The notes under the pieces were generated by a model. It saw only the letters and a list, made by a program, of their open reading frames with translations, did not search any database and was not told the DNA's origin. The position numbers and the translations under genes are program-made. Below are positions 1 through 9,596 of a stretch of 64,000 nucleotides of DNA, piece by piece. Origin of the DNA: Candidatus Poribacteria bacterium (GTDB lineage: Bacteria > Poribacteria > WGA-4E > PCPOR2b); assembly GCA_965205075.1 (NCBI GenBank), contig OZ242036.1, positions 4,928,800-4,992,799 on the forward strand. Reading direction: 5' to 3'. Position 1 is the first letter of the stretch. Every line of letters starts with the position of its first letter.

Positions 1-738
1 GATGGGGAACTCGTCCCAACCTCGTGGGCGGATGCGCTGAATCTCATTGTGGAAAAATTCTCTGAAACCGATGCGGAATCAATCGCCGTCATCGGCTCTG
101 CCCAAGGCACCAATGAGGAGAATTACCTACTAGGCAAACTAGCGCGTGAAGTCCTTAAAACGGAGTCGATCGGTCTATTTGGACGCGAGCCGGGTGAGGA
201 ACACAAATTCCCACAATTCACCATTGACGCCGACAAAAACCCGAACACTCGTGGTGCACTGGACATGCTCAGACTGGGAGATGATGCCTCCTTAACGGGG
301 GACGCACTTTGGACTGGAATAGCAAATGCAAAGGTCGTTTATCTAGTGAATGGAGCACCCGAACGCCCCCTTGATGAGACAGCGAAGCAGGCGTTGGAAG
401 CGGTCGATTTTCTGGTTGTGCAGGATATCTTTGAATCTGATGTGGCGCAATTGGCTGATGTGGTTCTCCCAGGGGTCACCTTTGCGGAGAAGGATGGCAG
501 TTTCACCAACGCAAAGGGCTGGGTGCAACGGATACATCGGGCTGTCGATCCTCCCGGCGAGGCGCGTGTTGATTGGGAAATTATTCAACAATTAGCCAAG
601 CGGTTGGGTGGTGAGATGGACTATCATTTTGCCGGTGAAATTGCGTTGGACATTGCGGAAAATGTCCCCGATTATCAAGACGCTACGCACCAGAAGATTG
701 GGGATGGTGGCGTCAATCTCGCTAGCGGAGATAGTTGA
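1..738 (+). CDS. nuoG: NADH-quinone oxidoreductase subunit G, C-terminal fragment (5' end lies outside the window; reading frame is open from nt 1)
   Basis: Frame 1 is open from position 1. Motifs are typical of the NuoG/molybdopterin-oxidoreductase-like C-terminal domain (DVVLPGVTFAEKDGSFTN, GEARVDWEII). It lies directly upstream of nuoH. Confidence 0.7.
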   Translation, partial: DGELVPTSWADALNLIVEKFSETDAESIAVIGSAQGTNEENYLLGKLAREVLKTESIGLFGREPGEEHKFPQFTIDADKNPNTRGALDMLRLGDDASLTGDALWTGIANAKVVYLVNGAPERPLDETAKQALEAVDFLVVQDIFESDVAQLADVVLPGVTFAEKDGSFTNAKGWVQRIHRAVDPPGEARVDWEIIQQLAKRLGGEMDYHFAGEIALDIAENVPDYQDATHQKIGDGGVNLASGDS

Positions 739-825
739 TAATACTCATGATGAAGGATTATTCCGAGAAGACTTGGGATTGGCGCATCTTGGAACAGATT
801 CGGAGAGCATGTTGAGGATATCAAA

Positions 826-1029
826 ATGCAAATAGGAGTTACAGAACAGAAGCTCTACGAGATTGTCAAACAGGTTGTTTCAGAAGTAATAGATGATAGA
901 CTTGAAAAACTGAAGGATGAAATACGTTTGGCTGCACTGTACGCTGAGTTCGCTGATGAAGACCGAAAGCTCGCTGATGAAGGGTTGTCAGATTATAACG
1001 AAGGATTGACAAAAGAGAATACTTTATGA
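826..1029 (+). CDS. small acidic helical hypothetical protein (possible partner of the downstream nucleotidyltransferase)
   Basis: 67-aa ORF with a coiled-coil-like Glu/Lys-rich sequence and no recognisable motif; it abuts the MNT-type nucleotidyltransferase gene. Confidence 0.3.
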   Translation: MQIGVTEQKLYEIVKQVVSEVIDDRLEKLKDEIRLAALYAEFADEDRKLADEGLSDYNEGLTKENTL

Positions 1030-1072
1030 TTGTTAAGCGCAGTGAAATCTGGCTTACAGAGTAGAGAATGAG

Positions 1073-1375
1073 ATGAAATTAGACTCGAGACAAATCTCAG
1101 AAATTGGTGATTATTTCAAAGATAAGCCGGTGCTGAAGGCATACCTCTTTGGATCATGCGCTAGGGATGAGGCTGATGATAAGAGTGATATAGATATCTT
1201 GGTTGAGCTAGATTATGCACAACCGATTGGTTTAGAATTTGTCCAAATGCAGTTAGATTTACAAGATTTGCTAAACAGACAGGTGGATCTACTTTCGCAA
1301 AAAGCTATCTCAAAACACATTCAACCCTACATCGAACAAGACAGAGTGCTAGTCTATGCGAGGAGATCTGGGTGA
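1073..1375 (+). CDS. nucleotidyltransferase-domain protein (Pol-beta superfamily, MNT-type antitoxin-like)
   Basis: Motif GSCARDEADDKSDIDILVE (GS-x10-DxD) is characteristic of the minimal nucleotidyltransferase fold; 100 aa. Confidence 0.7.
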   Translation: MKLDSRQISEIGDYFKDKPVLKAYLFGSCARDEADDKSDIDILVELDYAQPIGLEFVQMQLDLQDLLNRQVDLLSQKAISKHIQPYIEQDRVLVYARRSG

Positions 1376-1423
1376 TCGGGCAAGACTTCAATATACATTA
1401 TAAACATCGAGATAGGGAGAGAT

Positions 1424-2602
1424 ATGGACTTACCACTTCACGTTTTAATCATTAGCTCACTCATCAAAATTGTTGTCGTCGTTCATCTGCTGCTCATCGG
1501 TGTCATGGCGATGATTCTTGCCGAGCGGAAAGTGAGCGGATGGATTCAAGATCGACACGGTCCCAACCGTGTTGGCCCTTGGGGTATTCTGCAGCCGATC
1601 GCCGACGGCGTAAAATTTCTGCTGAAAGAGGACCTCGTTCCAGACCATGTGGATAAACCGATCTATCTACTCGCACCCGCGATTATTTTAGTACCTGCAC
1701 TAGTTACCTGCGGGGTTGTGCCCTTTGGTAGTTCAATAACAATCTCAGGCTATGAGATTCCTCTGCAAATCGCTGATATTAATATCGGGGTTCTGTATAT
1801 TCTGGCAATCACCTCGTTGGGAGTCTATGGCGTCGTGCTTGGCGCATGGGCATCGAACAACAAGTACTCGCTGCTCGGTGGCTTGCGCTCTTCCGCACAG
1901 ATGATTAGCTACGAATTGACACTAGGGCTTTCGCTTATCGGCGTTCTGATGCTTTCAAGTTCGTTAAGCCTCCGAGAAATCGCAATCCAACAAGGAAGTT
2001 ATCCTTGGACTTGGAATTTCCTTATCCATTTCCCCGCTTTTTTAGCCTTTACCACCGCTGCCTTTGCGGAGACCAATCGTCTCCCCTTCGATCTCGCCGA
2101 AGCGGAACAGGAACTTGTCGGCGGATACCATACAGAATATAGCAGCATGAAGTTCGCTATGTATTTCATGGCGGAATATATGCACATGATTGTCGGCTCG
2201 GCGGTAGCTGTCACCCTTTTCTTGGGTGGTTGGCATTTCTTCGGGCTAGAAACGCTTGGTGGTCCTTTTTGGAGTGGTGTGATTTCATTCGGAATCTTCT
2301 TCACCAAAACAGCATTTTTCCTCTTTGTCTTTATCTGGGTGAGATGGACACTACCTCGATTCCGGTATGACCAACTTATGAATCTTGGCTGGAAATTTCT
2401 ACTACCCATTGCGCTCACAACAATCGTTGTAACAGGGACAGTTTGGGCGTTCACACAATCGAAACTCCTTGTGGGCATATTAAATGTCGTCGCCGCTGCC
2501 ATCGTTGTTGCAATCGTAGCAACTACATTGGTGATGAAGCGGGAACTTGAGCCGGTTGATGATAGAGGTGTTCTGAGCTTTACCGAAAAGTCTTCATCTT
2601 AA
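1424..2602 (+). CDS. nuoH: NADH-quinone oxidoreductase subunit H
   Basis: RBS GGGAGAGA is present. Polytopic membrane protein with typical NuoH/ND1 sequence (QDRHGPNRVGPWGILQPIADGVKF, ETNRLPFDLAEAEQELVGGY); it carries an extra C-terminal TM extension. Confidence 0.9.
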   Translation: MDLPLHVLIISSLIKIVVVVHLLLIGVMAMILAERKVSGWIQDRHGPNRVGPWGILQPIADGVKFLLKEDLVPDHVDKPIYLLAPAIILVPALVTCGVVPFGSSITISGYEIPLQIADINIGVLYILAITSLGVYGVVLGAWASNNKYSLLGGLRSSAQMISYELTLGLSLIGVLMLSSSLSLREIAIQQGSYPWTWNFLIHFPAFLAFTTAAFAETNRLPFDLAEAEQELVGGYHTEYSSMKFAMYFMAEYMHMIVGSAVAVTLFLGGWHFFGLETLGGPFWSGVISFGIFFTKTAFFLFVFIWVRWTLPRFRYDQLMNLGWKFLLPIALTTIVVTGTVWAFTQSKLLVGILNVVAAAIVVAIVATTLVMKRELEPVDDRGVLSFTEKSSS

Positions 2603-2647
2603 TAACTACCGCAGGCTATAACAAGCCTCTGATTTACAAGGATACGC

Positions 2648-3349
2648 ATGGCTGAACAGATTCTGTTTATTATCTTTGGGGTACTAGCCGTTGGTTCTGC
2701 GATATGCGTCATCGCATTTAGGAATCCGATTCACAGTGCGCTGGCATTGGTCCTGACCTTCTTCTCATTGGCAGGGTTGTTTATCTCGTTGGGAGCGTAC
2801 TTTGTTGCCGCTGTGCAGGTGATTGTCTATGCCGGCGCAATTATGGTGCTGTTCCTGTTTGTGATTATGTTGCTCAATTTAGGAAGGCTTCAAACAACAC
2901 GCCAAATCAACAAAGCAAAAGTGTTCGCTGTCATTGTGGGGATTCTGCTCGCAGCGGAGGCAATTTACATCGGAATCAAAGCGTATGATGGCACTGCCGT
3001 TGCGCCTTCTCAGGGCGGGAATGAAGTGGTTGGTGCAGCGATTACTTCGGAACAACTGGACAAGATTACGGAAATTGCATCCACCTATCAACTTGACCGT
3101 GCAGAAATCAATAGCACCTACGTGCCAAACATTGCTGAACAAAAGAACACTGTAGAAACACTCACCGTAGGTGAAGCGAATCAACTCATCGCAAAACTTC
3201 AGGGAGAAATGGGCAAACCCGACCGGATTGGCACGATACTATTTACGAAGTTCTTATTACCTTTTGAGGTAACATCGCTTGTACTGCTTGCAGCTTTAAT
3301 CGGCGTCATCGTGCTTGTTAAACGTGAGGATCCAGACACGGCTGCTTAA
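2648..3349 (+). CDS. nuoJ: NADH-quinone oxidoreductase subunit J
   Basis: NuoJ/ND6-like N-terminus (AVGSAICVIAFRNPIHSALALVLTFFSLAGLF), with a long hydrophilic insert and C-terminal TM. Confidence 0.8.
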   Translation: MAEQILFIIFGVLAVGSAICVIAFRNPIHSALALVLTFFSLAGLFISLGAYFVAAVQVIVYAGAIMVLFLFVIMLLNLGRLQTTRQINKAKVFAVIVGILLAAEAIYIGIKAYDGTAVAPSQGGNEVVGAAITSEQLDKITEIASTYQLDRAEINSTYVPNIAEQKNTVETLTVGEANQLIAKLQGEMGKPDRIGTILFTKFLLPFEVTSLVLLAALIGVIVLVKREDPDTAA

Positions 3350-3370
3350 TTGTAAACTAGGGGTTGAAAC

Positions 3371-3670
3371 ATGGCTTTGCAATACTATCTTATTTTAAGT
3401 GCGCTGCTCTTTACTATCGGAGTGATTGGTGTGCTCATCCGAAGAAATGCAATCATCATCTTCATGTGCATCGAACTGATGCTCAACGCAGCAAATCTCG
3501 CTTTCGTCGCAATCGGTCGAGAGTTAGGGGATGCTTCAGGGCAGATTTTTGTGTTCTTCGTCATGACCGTCGCTGCCGCCGAAGTTGCCATCGGACTCGC
3601 GATTATCGTGAGTGTTTTCAGACACCGTGAAACAATTAACATCGATGAGATCAACTCGATGAAGGGATAG
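3371..3670 (+). CDS. nuoK: NADH-quinone oxidoreductase subunit K
   Basis: 99-aa 3-TM protein with the canonical NuoK/ND4L sequence ([31 protein letters not shown]). Confidence 0.9.
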   Translation: MALQYYLILSALLFTIGVIGVLIRRNAIIIFMCIELMLNAANLAFVAIGRELGDASGQIFVFFVMTVAAAEVAIGLAIIVSVFRHRETINIDEINSMKG

Positions 3671-3681
3671 GCACATCTGAA

Positions 3682-5565
3682 ATGTCGAAAGACCTAATAA
3701 CTATACTTCTGATTTCCCCACTGATTGGGTTTCTAATCAACGGATTGTTCGGGAAATGGCTAAAAAATGTGAGCGGTTGGATCGCATCACTCGCGGTGCT
3801 CATATCGTTCATTATTAGTGCATTCGTCGTATTTCCTGCGGTCCGTGGCGGTGGAGAATTAAAGGAAACGCTCTACGAATGGATCCCCATCGAATCTCTT
3901 AACATTGGCTTCCATGTCGATGCACTGACCACAGTGATGCTTCTCGTTATCACAGGGGTTGGCTTCCTCATTCACATCTATTCAATCGGCTATATGAGCC
4001 ATGATTCGGGAAGAGCGCGCTACTTTGCCTATCTCAACCTGTTTGTGTTCGCAATGTTAATCCTCGTTTTGGGGAATAATTATCTGATGATGTTCATCGG
4101 TTGGGAAGGCGTTGGACTCTGTTCTTATCTATTGATCGGTTATTGGTTCGAGAGAAAATCTGCCACCGATGCCGGCAAGAAGGCTTTCATCGTCAATCGA
4201 ATCGGCGATTTTGGATTCCTGCTTGGGATGTTCACCCTGTTTGCTGCGTTTGGCACATTGAATTTTGACCAGATGTTTGGGCTCGCCGAAACCAACACTT
4301 ATGAGCAGGTTTTCGGGGCAAGTACACTTATCGTTGCAACGCTGCTCCTCTTCGTCGGTGCCGTAGGGAAGTCCGCGCAAATCCCGCTCTACGTCTGGCT
4401 CCCCGATGCGATGGAGGGTCCGACGCCAGTTAGCGCGTTGATCCATGCTGCCACGATGGTCACGGCTGGCGTTTACATGGTCGCACGCTCATCAATCCTG
4501 TTTAACCTAGCACACACAGGTATTGTCGTCGCTTGGATCGGCGTCCTCACTGCCCTATTCGCTGCGACGATGGCGTTGACCGCAAATGACATCAAGCGGG
4601 TGCTGGCATATTCGACTGTGAGCCAACTCGGTTATATGTTCGTGGGTGTAGGGGTTGGCGCGTATACTTCTGGGATTTTCCACCTAATGACACACGCTTT
4701 CTTCAAAGGGCTGATGTTCCTCACCGCTGGTAGCGTGATGCACGCCATGTCAGATGAACTGGATATGCGGAAAATGGGCGGGTTGAAATCGAAGCTACCG
4801 ATTACCTACTGGACATTCCTCATCGGTGCTCTTGCAATTGCGGGTTTCCCGCTCTTGAGCGGTTTCTGGAGTAAAGACGAAATCTTACACAACGCTTGGG
4901 ATGGTGGACACCAAATAATTTTTGGGATTGGGCTGCTGACAGCGTTTTTAACGGCGTTCTATATGTTCCGTCTAATCTTTGTCGTCTTTCACGGTGAGTC
5001 GCGCGTCGATTCAGAGGTTGAGTCACACCTCCACGAATCGCCGCCAGTGATGTGGATCCCGCTCGTGTTGTTAGCAATTCCTTCTCTAATTATCGGTGCA
5101 ATTGTCGGCTGGGGTGGAGAACATAGCGCGATGCATCATTTCTTGGAAAGCGTGAAAGGATTTAAACACCATGGCATAGCAGATCACAGCAATCCAGTCC
5201 CCTTCATGATCATTTCATCAATTGTCGGTATTGCAGGCATTCTGGTCGCGTGGTTCATATATCGCAGCAAAGCACCCCTCGATGAACCAACAAATCCGCT
5301 GCACAAACTCCTCGCTAACAAATACTACATTGACGAAATCTATAACACTGTTTTCGTGCAGCCGATACGGGGCGTATCTCACTACCTGTTCTGGAAGATC
5401 ATGGATGTCGGCATCATCGACGGGCTTGTGAATCTAACTGCATTTATTATTCGCGGCATCGGCGGCTCGATTCGACGACTCCAGACGGGCGTTGTTCAAG
5501 CCTATGTTGTCTCAATGGTCATCGGCATCATCATTTTCTTGGGATATTATCTGTTTATTCGCTGA
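3682..5565 (+). CDS. nuoL: NADH-quinone oxidoreductase subunit L
   Basis: 627-aa antiporter-like subunit with the WLPDAMEGPTPVSALIHAATMVTAG motif and long C-terminal helix region. Confidence 0.9.
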   Translation: MSKDLITILLISPLIGFLINGLFGKWLKNVSGWIASLAVLISFIISAFVVFPAVRGGGELKETLYEWIPIESLNIGFHVDALTTVMLLVITGVGFLIHIYSIGYMSHDSGRARYFAYLNLFVFAMLILVLGNNYLMMFIGWEGVGLCSYLLIGYWFERKSATDAGKKAFIVNRIGDFGFLLGMFTLFAAFGTLNFDQMFGLAETNTYEQVFGASTLIVATLLLFVGAVGKSAQIPLYVWLPDAMEGPTPVSALIHAATMVTAGVYMVARSSILFNLAHTGIVVAWIGVLTALFAATMALTANDIKRVLAYSTVSQLGYMFVGVGVGAYTSGIFHLMTHAFFKGLMFLTAGSVMHAMSDELDMRKMGGLKSKLPITYWTFLIGALAIAGFPLLSGFWSKDEILHNAWDGGHQIIFGIGLLTAFLTAFYMFRLIFVVFHGESRVDSEVESHLHESPPVMWIPLVLLAIPSLIIGAIVGWGGEHSAMHHFLESVKGFKHHGIADHSNPVPFMIISSIVGIAGILVAWFIYRSKAPLDEPTNPLHKLLANKYYIDEIYNTVFVQPIRGVSHYLFWKIMDVGIIDGLVNLTAFIIRGIGGSIRRLQTGVVQAYVVSMVIGIIIFLGYYLFIR

Positions 5566-5579
5566 AAGGGGCGAGTATC

Positions 5580-5861
5580 ATGGACAAGAATGCTGGAAAA
5601 CTCGAAAAAATTGTGCCAATCAATATGCGGGAATTTGATGAGAAAAGCGATGAGGTCTATGAGAAATTGAAGTCTGAATTGGAAGATAAATATTACGGGC
5701 TTATCGTCGCCATCGAGCCATACAGCGGCGATTATTTTGTCGGTAAAAATGTTATTGAGGCAGGCGACAAGGGGAAACAAAAGTATCCTGATAAGCTCTT
5801 TTATTTTGTTCGCCCGGGTTTTAGAGCAGTACACCGAGATCGGGGAAGGGTGTCGGTTTGA
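5580..5861 (+). CDS. DUF5678-like small protein (usual partner of retropepsin-like protease)
   Basis: 93 aa; pattern KYYGLIVAIEPYSGDYFVGKNVIEAGD...YFVRPGFRAV matches the small protein family that precedes clan-AA protease genes. Its stop overlaps the next start (GTTTGA/ATG region). Confidence 0.45.
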   Translation: MDKNAGKLEKIVPINMREFDEKSDEVYEKLKSELEDKYYGLIVAIEPYSGDYFVGKNVIEAGDKGKQKYPDKLFYFVRPGFRAVHRDRGRVSV

Positions 5862-6241
5862 TACGCGGCTATTTTGATGATGTAGGGCAGCCGCGGATTG
5901 CAGTATCTATATTTGGCAACCGTGGGGAACTAACGATTGATGCAGTGATCGATACGGGATTTGATGGTTCTTTGTGCCTTCCCTTGTCGCTTGCAATTCC
6001 ATTAGGGCTCGAATTACATGGACGTATCAACTACGAACTTGCCGATGGGACTATCAAACGTAAATTGACATTTGAAGCAACTATCCGTTTGGGCGAAGCG
6101 ATGAATCAGGTAGAGATCTCCCTCACAGAATCTGAGGATGCATTACTCGGAAGCGAACTCTTAGATGGCTATGTTTTAGAAATTGACTATAGCAACCGGA
6201 CGGTTGAAATTAGGGAATCACCTACGAATCACGAAGCGTAA
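5858..6241 (+). CDS. retropepsin-like (clan AA) aspartic protease
   Basis: Active-site motif AVIDTGFDGSL (D-T-G) lies in a 127-aa protein; the start overlaps the preceding ORF by 4 nt. Confidence 0.65.
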   Translation: MIRGYFDDVGQPRIAVSIFGNRGELTIDAVIDTGFDGSLCLPLSLAIPLGLELHGRINYELADGTIKRKLTFEATIRLGEAMNQVEISLTESEDALLGSELLDGYVLEIDYSNRTVEIRESPTNHEA

Positions 6242-6280
6242 AAATTTTACGTTTAACGCATTACACTTCGGAGGTTATAC

Positions 6281-7819
6281 TTGCTACTTTCCGCAGTTAT
6301 CTTTTTACCACTACTCGGCGTAATTTTAATTGCTCTTGCCAGGCACATCTTAGGCGCGTCAGGGCTTAAATGGATCGCCCTAATCGTCACACTGCTCACC
6401 TTTGCCGTGTCGATATCGCTCTATACCGGTTTCGACGCAAGTACGCATGAGATGCAGTTTAAGGAGGAGCGAGCTTGGATTGAAGGGCTTGGTATAAGCT
6501 ACCACCTCGGCATTGACGGTATCTCGCTCTGGTTAGTTCTGCTGACCACTTTTATGACGCCGATTTGTGTGCTAGCAGCATGGAATTCGATAGAAAAGGG
6601 TGCCAGCGGATTCATGATTTCCTTGCTCATGCTCGAAACGGCGATGCTCGGCGTGTTTTGTGCGTTAGACCTCTTCCTCTTTTTTGTGTTTTGGGAGGCG
6701 ATGCTCATCCCGATGTATTTACTCATCGGTATCTGGGGTGGACATCGGCGCATCTACGCGACCATTAAGTTTGTCCTGTACACAATGGCGGGCAGCGCGT
6801 TGATGCTCGTTGGGATTTTGTACCTCTATTTCCAAAATGATAATAGTTTCAACCTGATGACCTTGTACGGCAGATCACTATCGCATCAGAACCTACTGTT
6901 CTTGGCGTTTTTCATCGCTTTTGCCATCAAAGTACCACTTTTCCCCTTCCACACTTGGCTGCCTGACGCACACGTTGAAGCACCGACAGTTGGAAGTGTT
7001 ATTCTTGCTGGCGTATTGCTCAAAATGGGAACATACGGCATCGTCCGCTTCTGTATGCCACTTTTCCCGGAGGGTGTCGCAGCGTATACGCCATTGATTG
7101 TAACGCTGTCTGTAATTGGTATAATTTACGGCGCATTGGTCGCAATGGTGCAACCAGACCTAAAAAAATTGGTTGCCTATTCAAGTGTGAGTCATTTGGG
7201 GTTTGTTGTGCTTGGACTTTTCGCTCTCAACCATCACGGCGTGCAGGGCGGTATTCTTCAAATGATTAATCACGGGTTAAGCACCGGCGCACTTTTCTTG
7301 CTCGTTGGGATGATTTATGAACGCCGGCATACCCGTATGATTGCTGACTTCGGTGGATTGTCAAAACAGATGCCGATCTTCGCCGTATTTTTTATGATTG
7401 TGACGCTTTCATCAATTGGGTTACCCGGTTTGAACGGATTTGTCGGGGAGTTTATGATTTTGCTCGGCGGCTTCATGTCCGATTCATTCTCTAAAGTTTA
7501 CGCTATTATCGCTGCAACCGGTGTTATTTTGGCAGCGGTGTATATGCTCTGGATGTTCCAGCGCGTCATGTTTGGCAAACTCGATAACCCAAAAAATCAA
7601 ACCTTGACCGATTTGAGCTTGCGAGAAATCGTTGTACTGGTTCCAATAGTAGTGTTCATCATTTGGATTGGCGTTTACCCCAAACCGTTTCTGAACCGAA
7701 TGGAAAAATCAGTCAGTCAAGTATTACAACAGAGCAGATCTACGGCAGCGGTAGAGGCAGCTGCTCCCGCAATTGCATTAGACACCACAACAAAAGAGGC
7801 AAAAAAGATTGACGAATAA
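6281..7819 (+). CDS. nuoM: NADH-quinone oxidoreductase subunit M
   Basis: TTG start is 6 nt after a GGAGG RBS. Antiporter-like subunit motifs are present ([31 protein letters not shown]). Confidence 0.9.
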   Translation: MLLSAVIFLPLLGVILIALARHILGASGLKWIALIVTLLTFAVSISLYTGFDASTHEMQFKEERAWIEGLGISYHLGIDGISLWLVLLTTFMTPICVLAAWNSIEKGASGFMISLLMLETAMLGVFCALDLFLFFVFWEAMLIPMYLLIGIWGGHRRIYATIKFVLYTMAGSALMLVGILYLYFQNDNSFNLMTLYGRSLSHQNLLFLAFFIAFAIKVPLFPFHTWLPDAHVEAPTVGSVILAGVLLKMGTYGIVRFCMPLFPEGVAAYTPLIVTLSVIGIIYGALVAMVQPDLKKLVAYSSVSHLGFVVLGLFALNHHGVQGGILQMINHGLSTGALFLLVGMIYERRHTRMIADFGGLSKQMPIFAVFFMIVTLSSIGLPGLNGFVGEFMILLGGFMSDSFSKVYAIIAATGVILAAVYMLWMFQRVMFGKLDNPKNQTLTDLSLREIVVLVPIVVFIIWIGVYPKPFLNRMEKSVSQVLQQSRSTAAVEAAAPAIALDTTTKEAKKIDE

Positions 7820-9557
7820 ACACCTATTTTTCCCCTTGGCACTTCTCGGTGTCATTGGACTTATTCTCTTACCGACAATTGGTTTTGCAGCGGCAGCCGC
7901 AGGTGGAGATGGACACGATGACCACGCCGGCCATCACGGCGTCGACGGAGCGAAGTTACCTCTCTGGAGCATCATTCCGTTTGTTGGAATGCTCCTCTCC
8001 ATTGCAATTGTCCCACTGATTAACTTCCATTTCTGGGAACATCACTACGGGAAGTTCTCGTTAGCGTGGATTGTCATTCTCTCTATCCCCTTCCTTATCG
8101 CCTACAAAGGTGATGGTTGGTACGAAATCGTCCATATTGTCCTGCTCGATTATGTCCCCTTCATTATTCTATTGGCCGCACTATTCACATGTGCGGGTGG
8201 AATCTGTCTGAAAGGTTCGCTGCGCGGTTCGCCTGTCGTAAATACCATACTGATCGCCATAGGAACCGCTTTGGCAAGTTGGATGGGAACGACGGGGGCG
8301 GCAATGCTGCTGATTCGTCCAATACTCCGGGCTAACGAATGGCGTAAGCATCGTGTTCATGTTGTTGTCTTTTTTATATTTCTTGTAGCCAATATCGGTG
8401 GCTCACTGACACCGTTGGGCGATCCGCCGCTGTTTCTCGGATTCCTCAAAGGAATTGATTTCTTCTGGACAATGGCACTGCTCCCTGCGATGATACCGGT
8501 GGTAATTTTACTGCTGATCATATTCTTCATTTTCGACACAGTCATGTTCAAGAAAGAAGGAACGCCGCCGGACGATGGGGAAAAAGAACCACTCCGTCTC
8601 CAAGGTGTTTGGAATTTTGTGCTAATTGCCGGTATCATCGGTGCGATCCTGTGGTCCAAATCACTCGCTGATGGTCCTTTCAAGGATCATTCAGTCGCGC
8701 AAAAAATGGCACCACAAATCAAAGCCGCAGAAGAAAAAATGGACGCAACGAAGGCAAAACTCGAAGCGTATGTCAAGAAACATAAAAACAACGCGACGAT
8801 AAATTTCGACAAATCCAATCACGAATACTATGAATTGCGAAAAAACGACCTCCACGCCGTGGCTAAAGTCAATAGTTTGCGTGCCCAAAAGACACATGAT
8901 GAAAATCGCGGTATTTCAATCTTCGGTGTAACTGTACCATACTTTAATTTGATGCGCGATGGTTTACTGCTCTTGATTGCCTTCATCAGTCTGTTGTACA
9001 CACCAATGTATAAAACCGTGAAAGATGAGCACGGACATAATCAGCCTGAACCGAGTCAGTTGGAGACAAATGTCCGGGCAGCAAACGGTTTTACGTGGGA
9101 GCCAATCCTAGAGGTTGCCAAACTGTTTATCGGTATTTTTATCTGTATGATTCCAGCTTTGAAAATTTTGCAGGCGGGCATTGATGGAAGCCTTAGCAGT
9201 GTTGTGCTTGCCGTTCAGACGCCAACGAACGATCCGGTCAATGCGATGTATTTTTGGCTGACAGGTGTGCTCTCAAGTTTCTTGGATAACGCTCCGACTT
9301 ACGTCGTCTTCTTCAACACAGCGGGTGGAGATCCAACCTCGCTCATGGGTCCGATGGCGCAGACGCTCTTGGCAATCAGTTGTGGCGCAGTGTTTATGGG
9401 GGCTAATACCTATATCGGCAATGCACCAAACTTTATGGTCAAAGCAATTGCTGAGGAAAACGGCGTGAGGATGCCAAGTTTCTTCGGATACATGCTTTGG
9501 TCAGTGGTAATTTTGGTTCCCGTGTTTGTGATTGTAACGTTCGTGTTCTTTGTGTAA
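7809..9557 (+). CDS. ArsB/NhaD-superfamily (ion-transporter superfamily) permease embedded in the nuo operon
   Basis: Polytopic membrane protein of about 12 TM. C-terminal motifs ([23 protein letters not shown]) are typical of NhaD/ArsB/CitMHS-type permeases. N-terminus is His/Asp-rich ([16 protein letters not shown]). Central hydrophilic coiled-coil insert of about 85 aa. Start assignment (TTG overlapping the nuoM stop) is uncertain. Confidence 0.55.
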   Translation: MTNKHLFFPLALLGVIGLILLPTIGFAAAAAGGDGHDDHAGHHGVDGAKLPLWSIIPFVGMLLSIAIVPLINFHFWEHHYGKFSLAWIVILSIPFLIAYKGDGWYEIVHIVLLDYVPFIILLAALFTCAGGICLKGSLRGSPVVNTILIAIGTALASWMGTTGAAMLLIRPILRANEWRKHRVHVVVFFIFLVANIGGSLTPLGDPPLFLGFLKGIDFFWTMALLPAMIPVVILLLIIFFIFDTVMFKKEGTPPDDGEKEPLRLQGVWNFVLIAGIIGAILWSKSLADGPFKDHSVAQKMAPQIKAAEEKMDATKAKLEAYVKKHKNNATINFDKSNHEYYELRKNDLHAVAKVNSLRAQKTHDENRGISIFGVTVPYFNLMRDGLLLLIAFISLLYTPMYKTVKDEHGHNQPEPSQLETNVRAANGFTWEPILEVAKLFIGIFICMIPALKILQAGIDGSLSSVVLAVQTPTNDPVNAMYFWLTGVLSSFLDNAPTYVVFFNTAGGDPTSLMGPMAQTLLAISCGAVFMGANTYIGNAPNFMVKAIAEENGVRMPSFFGYMLWSVVILVPVFVIVTFVFFV

Positions 9558-9596
9558 GGATGGGCCTATCTGTTCATCTAAGATTGGAGGATTTGA

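Noticed and set aside
1999-2502. Antisense ORFs inside nuoH, and similar minus-strand ORFs at 4129..4446, 8357..8683, 14196..14627, 20033..20875 and 21091..21516 inside nuo/atp/TPP genes
   Set aside because: These are shadow ORFs opposite strongly conserved, high-confidence genes, with low-complexity or Arg/Ser-rich composition. No motifs were found.
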